From: Leptospirales bacterium
GTDB taxonomy: Bacteria > Spirochaetota > Leptospiria > Turneriellales > JAOUFE01
Length of the DNA: 13,939 nt
Assembly: GCA_040326155.1 (NCBI GenBank)
Contig: JBEQLE010000094.1
Location: forward strand, 1 to 13,939
Direction of reading: 5' to 3'
Shown here: positions 7,210-13,939 of the stretch, piece after piece
Position numbering within the stretch: position 1 is the stretch's first letter
Layout: every line of letters begins with the position of its first letter
Program-made: the position numbers and the translations under genes
Notes under the pieces: generated by a model
What the model was told of the DNA's origin: nothing
The model's database searches: none
What the model saw: only the letters and a program-made list of their open reading frames with translations

Positions 7210-9050
7210 TCTTCTTTAAAATATAAAGTGAAATTATAGGGAGGTTTTATTTTTTCACCAGCGGCGGGCGTTTGCTGTAGTAAGTATCCTGACCCATAAA
7301 CCGAGTGGTCTCCTGGAAAATATTCCCACACCTGATATAAAACTTCTTTTTTACTTTTTTTTCTAAAATCTGGCATAATGGCAGGGTTAAATTTCGGGGT
7401 GCCAAGGTCTGTTTCAGGAATGACCTCTACCCTTTGGACTTTTCCGTGTAAAATAACAGGAATAATACGGCTGATGACCTCGCGAAATACCGGCGCCGCA
7501 GCTTGCCCACCATGGTGCGCTCCTATTGCAGGTTCATCCAGCATTATGTAAACGCTTATGCGAGGTTTGTCACCAGGAAAAAAGCCTAGAAAAGAAGCCT
7601 GGTATTTACCCTTTATATAATGCGTGGAATCAGAAACCATCGCAGTACTGGTTTTACCCGCCACGGAATAACCCGGAACATTGGCTTCACTTCCTGTTCC
7701 ACCCTGCGTTACAACTTCGAGCAAGTATGACATAATTTTTTTAGATACTTCGTTTGTAACGGTAGTGAATTTTTCTTCCGGTTCAAACATCTCGATTAAA
7801 TCTCCATTAGCAGAGGTAACCTTTTGTATAATCATAGGTTTCATGAGGGCGCCGCCATTGGCTATAGAGTTTCCGGCAATAATCAATTGCAGGGGGGTTA
7901 CACTCAAGCCTTGCCCAATCGGAATATTTGCTTTTCGATAAGGATCCCATTTTTCAGGGACTGGTAGAAAACCGCGTCCTTCACCAGGCAGGTTAATATG
8001 GGTGGAATTTCCAAACCCGAAATATTTTAGATTTTCATATAAACGAATGACCTGCATTTGCCAGGAGGTCTGAATAATTCCCGAATTACAGGATTTTTTT
8101 ATAATTTGATCAATAGTGAGGTTTTTATGAACTGCGCTACATTTGACTTTTACTTTTTTGTATTCAAAATAACCCGGACAATAATATGTTTTTTTTTCGT
8201 CGACCATATGCTCTTTAAATAAAGCGGCCAAGACAAATATTTTAAATGTGGAACCTGGTTCAATATTATGACCAATAGCCCGGTTGACCCAGTTTTCTCT
8301 CGGGTATTTCGTCGCCTCATTTGGATCGTAATCAGGTAATGAAGTCATGGCCAGAATTTTACCAGTATGAGTTTCGGTTATTATACCGATTCCGCTTTTT
8401 GCTCCGGTTTTTTTAATTCCATCGGCCAGAGCTATTTCCAGTTGGCGTTGTACATAGGCATTAATTGTTAAATGGATATTATTACCGGCCGAGTCACCAT
8501 CTTCATCATGCATTAAAATAGAGTTAAATTGGTATTCAACACCTTCCATACCCTGGTTGTCGAGCCCGGTAAAACCCAGCACTGTAGAGGCCATTTTTTT
8601 ATTCGGATAAAAACGGGAGGGTTCTCTTTGAAACACAAGACTTGGAATTTTTAACCTGCGTAGATCTTCCAGGTATTCCACATTAACTTTTCGCTTTATC
8701 CAGACAAAATCAGAACCTGTCTCCAGCTTTTTATAAATTTCTGCAGGGTCCATTTTCAATACTTTGGATATTAAAAATATACTTTGTTCTTTATTCACCA
8801 TCTCGTTCGGGCGAAGCGCAATCGAGACGGTATCGAGCGAGATGGCCAGTTCGTGAAGTTGGGAGTCAAAAATAGTCCCACGCCGTACCGTGGGTTTTTT
8901 TGAAAGCCACTCTTTAGGAACCGGGGAGTCATAAACAAGCTCGAAAGCGCGCCAGATAAAAACAACAAATAAAATAGATAAAAAAGCTATGGTAACAAGA
9001 AAAACTCTTTTTTGTTTTTTATCGGTGGTTTGTTGTACAGGCAGGTTCAT
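7206..9050 (-). CDS. Class B penicillin-binding protein (FtsI/PBP3-like transpeptidase) with C-terminal PASTA-like domain
   Basis: N-terminal TM anchor, RRGTIFD, R.YP, GMEGVE, G.NIHLTI dimerisation-domain motifs; catalytic STFK (8241-8252), SCN (8085-8093), third motif KTS (7647-7655); C-terminal MPDF...GSG....Q.P.AGE. Confidence 0.92.
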   Translation of the reverse strand: MNLPVQQTTDKKQKRVFLVTIAFLSILFVVFIWRAFELVYDSPVPKEWLSKKPTVRRGTIFDSQLHELAISLDTVSIALRPNEMVNKEQSIFLISKVLKMDPAEIYKKLETGSDFVWIKRKVNVEYLEDLRRLKIPSLVFQREPSRFYPNKKMASTVLGFTGLDNQGMEGVEYQFNSILMHDEDGDSAGNNIHLTINAYVQRQLEIALADGIKKTGAKSGIGIITETHTGKILAMTSLPDYDPNEATKYPRENWVNRAIGHNIEPGSTFKIFVLAALFKEHMVDEKKTYYCPGYFEYKKVKVKCSAVHKNLTIDQIIKKSCNSGIIQTSWQMQVIRLYENLKYFGFGNSTHINLPGEGRGFLPVPEKWDPYRKANIPIGQGLSVTPLQLIIAGNSIANGGALMKPMIIQKVTSANGDLIEMFEPEEKFTTVTNEVSKKIMSYLLEVVTQGGTGSEANVPGYSVAGKTSTAMVSDSTHYIKGKYQASFLGFFPGDKPRISVYIMLDEPAIGAHHGGQAAAPVFREVISRIIPVILHGKVQRVEVIPETDLGTPKFNPAIMPDFRKKSKKEVLYQVWEYFPGDHSVYGSGYLLQQTPAAGEKIKPPYNFTLYFKEE

Positions 9051-9052
9051 AT

Positions 9053-9544
9053 TTATTCACTTTTTTTTATATAGATTACGCGGCCAATAATTAAATCTTT
9101 TGAAATTGCGCCAAATTGTTTTGAATCGAGGGACTTTTCAGGGTTATCTCCCAAAACAGTTAAGTCGTCTTTATTTACCTGGAAAACCCGTTTTATTAAT
9201 ACTTTTTTTCGATCAGGTGAAAAGAAAGTTACAAGGTCTCTTTCTTGAATCGGCCTTGCGAGATGATACCTATACCTTTTAATTCTTCCGTGAGTCTCAC
9301 CTGGTTTGTAATAACCGGGAGTATAAATAAAACCATAACTTATTTTTTCAATTAATACCTGATCTCCAGGGGCGAGTACAGGCAGCATAGACCTGTTTTT
9401 TACAACAGACCATTCTAACGCGTGAATATATATATGAACTCCGGCCATATACGCATAAAATAAGGATAAACCGATTAAAAAAAAAAGCGAAAAGAGCTTA
9501 CGGGTAGATTCATTCGGAAAATTGAAAAATTGATTTTGGGCCAA
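9053..9544 (-). CDS. S26 family (signal peptidase I-like) serine peptidase; true start uncertain
   Basis: Catalytic Ser box RSMLPVL.PGD, Lys box LIKRV, box E GDN...SLDSKQFG...IIGRV, preceded by one TM helix. The track start is a TTG with no clear SD. Confidence 0.85.
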   Translation of the reverse strand: MAQNQFFNFPNESTRKLFSLFFLIGLSLFYAYMAGVHIYIHALEWSVVKNRSMLPVLAPGDQVLIEKISYGFIYTPGYYKPGETHGRIKRYRYHLARPIQERDLVTFFSPDRKKVLIKRVFQVNKDDLTVLGDNPEKSLDSKQFGAISKDLIIGRVIYIKKSE

Positions 9545-9720
9545 AGATTCAGAGATTTGTATCCCAGCCCGAAAAACATGCCGAGCGCCGGCACGATTAT
9601 AGCCAAACTATAAAAATTTGTTAAAAACAGATAAAATGCTGAATAGATAAGTGACAGATAGAAGAGGACAAATCTCAGTTTTCGTCCTTTTAATACGATT
9701 TTCTTGAACAACGTACCCAT
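9475..9720 (-). CDS. Small membrane ORF; possibly the N-terminal part of the S26 peptidase gene separated by a frameshift
   Basis: ATG with AGGT 6 nt upstream, basic N-terminus and two hydrophobic segments; overlaps the downstream ORF by 70 nt, and its stop codon starts with the last base of a T10 run (9477-9486). Confidence 0.55.
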   Translation of the reverse strand: MGTLFKKIVLKGRKLRFVLFYLSLIYSAFYLFLTNFYSLAIIVPALGMFFGLGYKSLNLWPKINFSIFRMNLPVSSFRFFF

Positions 9721-9752
9721 TTAATTACCTGAATGGAAACAAAGCACAGGTG

Positions 9753-9778
9753 TAAAGTTTAATAATAATTGAACTTTA
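9753..9778. promoter_or_regulatory. Inverted repeat in divergent promoter region (candidate operator or hairpin)
   Basis: TAAAGTTTAAT-aata-ATTGAACTTTA: 11-bp arms with one mismatch and a 4-bp spacer. Confidence 0.45.
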
Positions 9779-9865
9779 TCCGATGATGAAGCATGTATAT
9801 GCAAAACTTATTTTACAAATTGAGTCGCAGCTGAACTATTACCACGCCGAAAGGTCCTAATCTAA

Positions 9866-11863
9866 ATGAGTCAAGTTATAGCAGTTGAAATGTTACGGGA
9901 AGAGCTCGAAAAAGTTGAAGTCGAGCACTTAAAACGTATAGCGGATATTTGGGGATTGGTAAAGATCCCCAATGATAAAACCACCCTGGTGAATCGATTG
10001 ATCGAAACAGCCAAGGATGAATATTTTCTCAAAGGGGTTCTTGAGAAACTAACTCCTTTGCAGGTTCAGATTTATTCCATTATGGTGGCCAGTAAGAATG
10101 TTTTGACTTTGGGCGAGATTTCCAGAAAAATCAGAATTCTTCCCATTAATGTTGAAAAAGAGTTGGCAGTTTTAAAACACTTAATGCTGACCTACCAGAG
10201 AAAAAATCGCGAAAGAATTACTAGTAATCTCGATAAATATTACCCTTTCGAAGAAATTCGAAACATTATTTCCATTGAAGACAATGAGAATGGTGAGAAA
10301 ATAAAATATTCCATAAAAAGAGATATAGAAACAAAAGGCACAGATGAACTCGATTCGGAGTACCTGGCTTATCTTGGCAATCCGGCCAATAAAAAAGAGG
10401 GCGCGAAACGGGCGATTGAACCTGAAGTTTTGCAATCCATTATAGATAATCTGGAAGAAGCGGAACTTTTCTTATTAGATGAAGCATTTTCTAACGGCGG
10501 TGTTATTGAAATTAACGCAGCTCGTATTATTATGGATGAAAAGAAACTGCCACAAGAAGGGACTCTACGCAGGTTGCATGGACTCAATATCATAAAAGAT
10601 ATTTACTATATTGATGAGCGATTTGTTCGGTTGCTGGTTTTACCTGTAGAACTTTTCGAATATCTGACTGAAAATCCGGTGTTCCCAATAGCAAGCGGTA
10701 TTAAAGAGCTTCAAGAAAGAGTCATCTCGAATGAACTTGATTTTGTACTGAACGTTAAAAAACTGTTATTATTTATATCGAACAAAGGGCTGACGTTGGC
10801 CCAGTCCGAAAAGATAAAACAAGCGGATATAAAAAAGAGTGAAGACGCTTTGCTTGAAATGGATATGAGACTTTTTCCTGAAAAAAGCCAGGTTCATTTA
10901 ATTGAAATTATACTTCCGTTTGTAAAACTTTTTGATTTGGTCGATTTACGCGGCGAAGACATTATTTTACTTGAATCTTACGAAGAATTTCTTAAGAAAG
11001 ATCCTCTTGAGAGTTTTAAAGAGTTCGTTAAGGCGACAGCCGACGCTTCTGATAAAAGAATGGTCGGCAATGATGTGTTTTTACCCATGGATGTTCCTTT
11101 CTTTAAGCAGGAAATGCTTCAAAAGGTTGTTGATGCAATTTCAAAAACCGGTGGAATCTATGTAAAAGTTATTATTGCCAGAATGATTCGGGAGTGGGTT
11201 GTACTTTCACCTGAATTTCGCGTTAAATTTTTCAAGAATATGTATGTTGAAAAACGAAATTCCATTGTATCGGCACTTTTTTATATGCACTTATTTGGCC
11301 TTTTAGAAGTAGAGTATCCAAAACGGTTAATTCGCTTTTCATCTTTAGGACGCCATTACTTTTTTAACGAAGATCTTGGTACAGTCAATGAACCAGGTTC
11401 GGTTATTGTCAATCCTGACGCTTCAATTGTAGCCATGCCGGATAAACTTTCAATATTTGGTCTTCATTTGTTAAAATCTTTTTCTGAGTTGAAAGATTAT
11501 GACAACATCTATAATTTTCAAATTACGAAAGATTCAATGCAGGTTGGTCTGCTCATTGGAAACAATGTAGATTCCTTTTTAGAGTTTTTAAATTATGTTT
11601 CAAAAAACAGGGTTCCGCAAAATCTTCTCTTTTTAATATCTGACTGGAGTGAAGAACTTCCCATTGTAACAATTGAAGAGGGTGTTGTTTTACTGGAAAC
11701 TTCAAACGCTAAAATGATGGATCTTCTTTTGGGTCAGGTAAAAGGTAAAAAAATTATTAAAAAAGAACTTTCTCCGACTGCAATTATTATCTACAAAACC
11801 CGTGTTCAGGAAATTATGGAAGTCGCCGAGAAACTTGAGATGATTATTAAACTGGTAAGGTAA
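9866..11863 (+). CDS. Helicase-associated domain protein (XPB/Ssl2 N-terminal-like, Helicase_C_3-type domain near the C-terminus); no helicase motor motifs
   Basis: Segment ~11396-11656 (VIVNPDASIV...LLKSFSEL....NIYNFQITKDS......G......LEFL...SKNRVPQNLLFLISDW) matches the pattern of this domain; the N-terminus has winged-helix-like segments (LEKLTPLQVQIY...LTLGEISRKI); GAAAGG SD upstream. Confidence 0.75.
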   Translation: MSQVIAVEMLREELEKVEVEHLKRIADIWGLVKIPNDKTTLVNRLIETAKDEYFLKGVLEKLTPLQVQIYSIMVASKNVLTLGEISRKIRILPINVEKELAVLKHLMLTYQRKNRERITSNLDKYYPFEEIRNIISIEDNENGEKIKYSIKRDIETKGTDELDSEYLAYLGNPANKKEGAKRAIEPEVLQSIIDNLEEAELFLLDEAFSNGGVIEINAARIIMDEKKLPQEGTLRRLHGLNIIKDIYYIDERFVRLLVLPVELFEYLTENPVFPIASGIKELQERVISNELDFVLNVKKLLLFISNKGLTLAQSEKIKQADIKKSEDALLEMDMRLFPEKSQVHLIEIILPFVKLFDLVDLRGEDIILLESYEEFLKKDPLESFKEFVKATADASDKRMVGNDVFLPMDVPFFKQEMLQKVVDAISKTGGIYVKVIIARMIREWVVLSPEFRVKFFKNMYVEKRNSIVSALFYMHLFGLLEVEYPKRLIRFSSLGRHYFFNEDLGTVNEPGSVIVNPDASIVAMPDKLSIFGLHLLKSFSELKDYDNIYNFQITKDSMQVGLLIGNNVDSFLEFLNYVSKNRVPQNLLFLISDWSEELPIVTIEEGVVLLETSNAKMMDLLLGQVKGKKIIKKELSPTAIIIYKTRVQEIMEVAEKLEMIIKLVR

Positions 11864-13216
11864 ATGCAATTCGAGCAGGGTAGGTATTTCTACCTTCTGC
11901 GTCCAAAAGAGAGCGGGGCTTTATACTATTTAGAACCTTCTGGAATTTATAACGAAATTAACTCTGAGGGTGAAATCGTTTCTACGAAAAAAACGATTTT
12001 TACACGCTCCGTCGATCTTGTCCCGTCTTTTATTTATCATGTATATGAAACCGAACCGAAAGGTGAAAAAAAAAGTTCCAAACATCTTTTGCAATACCCT
12101 CCGACAGCTCGCTATTCGCGTGATGGAAAATCGATTACCATAAAACCCATGGAATACCGGTTAGAAAAAGAGTCTGCTTTAATCTACAGGTCAAAAGAAT
12201 TTCTTTATAAAGAAAAAATTTCTCGAACCGGGCAAAAAGTAAATATACCCGATATTTTTTTGGAAGCTTTAAAAAAAAATAGGGAAGGCAGCATTGTACT
12301 TGCCCAGGGCGATTTTGAATACTCCCTGGAAACTTTTCCCAATGTTCGAAAATACTCTTACACGGAAGACAAAACCGTAGAGTGGACCGGCTTTTATTAC
12401 CTGTCGGTGAAAGATATACTCGACGGCGATGGAGGTCTCGATCGATTGATTGAAGATTTAATTGAAGCTAGAGGCAGTGGATTGAAATTTCAAGGTAAAA
12501 AAATGGGTCGTCTGCTCGATATTATACGCAGCGCAAACGATGAACAAGAAGAGAAAATACTCTCAGCTCTTTATATGGAAGATCCCCCTTTTTTTACAGA
12601 GGTGACATACTGTCTTTTTTCCGATGACCTTATTCCCTACATGGATAAGCGGGAACTAGAAACTATATTAATGAAAGCTCCAGACTCGATTCTGGCAACT
12701 TTAAAAGATTGTGCAGGGCCCACCAGAGAAATTTATAAAAAACTGATTTCAAAAAGACGATGGGTAGACCTTTTGAATGAGAATACAAGTGGCACGTCGG
12801 ACCAACCTGAGCTTGAGAAAACAGCAGTGTGGTTATTTATTGAAAGTTATTTTCGAAAAAGTAGAGAACGAACAATCTATGTAAAAAAAAGGGAAACTCC
12901 GTTTTTATATAGATCAGGCGAGGCGAGTTCTATTATGGACAAAACATACAGTAATCCGGTCTCCAATATGGTTTCACCGATTTCGGTAATTTCACTCAAC
13001 AAAGAAAAAGTTTTAATAAACATTGAGGTTGCGTTAAAAAAGCTTGAGGTCGTTGTAAAACAGTCAAGCGGTAACTTTTTGCGCGCCAGGTTTCAAAAGC
13101 TATCGCCGGGAATATTGCAAGCTGACTTTCCATTGCTAACGCAAAAAAGTACGATATTACTTGGTGGTATTGACTATGAAAATGGCCTGGTAGAAACCAT
13201 AGCCCCGTTTATTTAA
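11864..13216 (+). CDS. Hypothetical protein with internal FliG C-terminal-like domain
   Basis: ATG immediately follows the upstream TAA. Residues ~216-306 (LLDII.....EQEEKILSAL..EDP.F..EV...LFS.D.I..MDKREL..IL......ILA.L..........KLISKRR...L) follow the FliG-C pattern (E..IL..L...DPELA.EI...MF.FEDI..LDDR.IQ..L...MSKR). Confidence 0.65.
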   Translation: MQFEQGRYFYLLRPKESGALYYLEPSGIYNEINSEGEIVSTKKTIFTRSVDLVPSFIYHVYETEPKGEKKSSKHLLQYPPTARYSRDGKSITIKPMEYRLEKESALIYRSKEFLYKEKISRTGQKVNIPDIFLEALKKNREGSIVLAQGDFEYSLETFPNVRKYSYTEDKTVEWTGFYYLSVKDILDGDGGLDRLIEDLIEARGSGLKFQGKKMGRLLDIIRSANDEQEEKILSALYMEDPPFFTEVTYCLFSDDLIPYMDKRELETILMKAPDSILATLKDCAGPTREIYKKLISKRRWVDLLNENTSGTSDQPELEKTAVWLFIESYFRKSRERTIYVKKRETPFLYRSGEASSIMDKTYSNPVSNMVSPISVISLNKEKVLINIEVALKKLEVVVKQSSGNFLRARFQKLSPGILQADFPLLTQKSTILLGGIDYENGLVETIAPFI

Positions 13217-13219
13217 CTG

Positions 13220-13579
13220 TTACTCTTCTTCCGACTTTGCGGCTTCGTCGCTTTCGGTGCTATTTTCTGTGCCACTGTCTGCCTCGCCTTCGGTTTGCTC
13301 GGCTTTGTCGCTTTCTGTGCTATTTTCTGCGTCGCCTTCGGCTTGTTCACTTTCAGCTTGTGCGCCTTCCGGTGCGTTGTAACCGTGCTGGTCATAACCA
13401 TATTGAATATGGCCGTCGGCTAAGAGCGAGATTGCTTGAACGGCAAGCTTTCTTTGTTTAAGTGATCTAGGTACTTCTACTTTGAAAATATGATCTACCA
13501 GATCGAAGCTGGCACATGTAATTTCGTATTTTTTTGCTCTGGATAAACCTAGAACTTTACCGATTTCTATTTCTCTCAT
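13220..13579 (-). CDS. rpoZ: Probable RNA polymerase omega subunit (spirochaete type) with acidic repetitive tail
   Basis: KYEITCAS....... and KLAVQAISLL..G.IQY resemble the omega N(R/K)Y.L...A and K....A..E...G.I motifs in spirochaete form; AGGT upstream of ATG; size fits. Confidence 0.6.
   Translation of the reverse strand: MREIEIGKVLGLSRAKKYEITCASFDLVDHIFKVEVPRSLKQRKLAVQAISLLADGHIQYGYDQHGYNAPEGAQAESEQAEGDAENSTESDKAEQTEGEADSGTENSTESDEAAKSEEE
13241..13348 (-). repeat. Imperfect tandem duplication (60 bp + 48 bp) in the rpoZ-like 3' end
   Basis: Copy 13241-13300 and copy 13301-13348 match at 43 of 48 aligned positions; the first carries a 12-bp insert (13268-13279). Confidence 0.85.
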
Positions 13580-13611
13580 TTGTTTTTACCTGTCTTTTTT
13601 GAAGCAAATAC

Positions 13612-13640
13612 CAGATAGCAAAGTAAACACAACGTGTCAA
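13612..13640 (-). promoter_or_regulatory. Candidate sigma70 promoter for the rpoZ-like gene
   Basis: Minus strand TTGACA-N17-TATCTG with an extended -10 TGn, ending 32 nt before the ATG. Confidence 0.5.
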
Positions 13641-13650
13641 GCGTAGAATG

Positions 13651-13724
13651 TGCGCCCATCAGGATTCGAACCTGAGACCTTCTGATTCGTAGTCAGACAC
13701 TCTATCCAACTGAGCTATGGGCGC
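13651..13724 (-). tRNA. tRNA-Arg (ACG)
   Basis: Minus strand GCGCCCA-TAGCTCAGTTGGATAGAGTG-TCTGA-CT-ACG-AA-TCAGA-AGGTC-TCAGG-TTCGAAT-CCTGA-TGGGCGC-A; CCA not encoded. Confidence 0.97.
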
Positions 13725-13729
13725 ATAAC

Positions 13730-13939
13730 TTATTTATTCGTATTCTGTTTTAAAAACGTATTGTCAAGTAAAGAATGGAGCAGGGGGTGTATCAGGTTTT
13801 TGTCTTTGGAAAAAGATGAAAACATAATTACCAGATTTGTGACTAGAAATAGAAAAGCTATAAGAGAATGAGACCAGTATAAGACTGGGAATGGCAAAGA
13901 AAAAAGGAAACCTAAAGTATAAAGCAAAAGCAGTAACAT
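13730..13939 (-). CDS. Probable 3' end of a membrane protein entering from the right edge
   Basis: Open frame from the window edge to TAA at 13730-13732, with two hydrophobic segments; the ATG at the edge is probably internal. Confidence 0.55.
   Translation of the reverse strand: MLLLLLYTLGFLFSLPFPVLYWSHSLIAFLFLVTNLVIMFSSFSKDKNLIHPLLHSLLDNTFLKQNTNK

Noticed and set aside
9053..9720. sodN/sodX nickel superoxide dismutase pair
   Set aside because: The peptidase is short like SodX, but no adjacent ORF carries the Ni-hook HCxxPCGxY motif of SodN.
1995..11165. Short antisense or nested ORFs (1995-2459, 3987-4208, 4087-4344, 5082-5321, 5496-5759, 6228-6455, 7526-7735, 7681-7941, 9100-9282, 10181-10435, 10369-10593, 10932-11165)
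   Set aside because: All lie within or opposite well-supported genes and show no recognisable motifs.
9866..11863. Annotation as an active DNA helicase or WYL-domain regulator
   Set aside because: No Walker A/B or SF2 motifs and no recognisable WYL domain at the C-terminus.
6609..12279. Other A9/T9 homopolymers (6609-6617, 6950-6958, 12066-12074, 12271-12279) as phase-variation sites
   Set aside because: The reading frames are intact and such Lys-codon runs are common in this AT-rich sequence.
13241..13348. CRISPR-like array
   Set aside because: Only two adjacent in-frame copies inside a CDS, with no unique spacers and no cas genes.
13213..13461. Histone H1-like ORF 13213-13401(-) (KATKP repeats) and ORF 13237-13461(+)
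   Set aside because: Alternative-frame readings of the duplicated acidic tail of the rpoZ-like gene; no independent SD or other support.
3320..13724. tRNA-anchored genomic island or prophage
   Set aside because: No integrase or transposase, no duplicated tRNA 3' end seen, and the gene content is housekeeping.

Overview
AT-rich bacterial core-chromosome segment, almost certainly from a Leptospirales-type spirochaete, judged from a clear but divergent FcpA flagellar-sheath homologue and a spirochaete-type RpoZ-like gene. From left to right it holds: the truncated 5' end of an exported protein (-), a small membrane protein (+), nadB and an upstream atypical receiver-domain protein (-), tRNA-Cys(GCA), tRNA-Leu(TAA) and tatD (+), a structured ~100-bp intergenic element, and a bidirectional terminator. 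A long minus-strand run follows (small membrane ORF/S26 peptidase, FtsI-like PBP, SAM methyltransferase, fbp, fcpA). A divergent plus-strand pair encodes an XPB-associated (Helicase_C_3-type) domain protein and a protein with an internal FliG-C-like domain. The window ends with rpoZ-like, tRNA-Arg(ACG) and the 3' end of a membrane protein (all -). No integrase, transposase, CRISPR array or defence system is visible, and I cannot support a clearly new system. The best leads are: (i) a signal-peptidase gene apparently split at a T10 tract, (ii) the abutting XPB-associated and FliG-C-like gene pair, (iii) a split pseudo-receiver protein coupled to nadB, (iv) an unexplained multi-stem element between tatD and fcpA, and (v) a KTG->KTS change in the PBP. 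All family calls come from motif recognition by eye, not from database searches.
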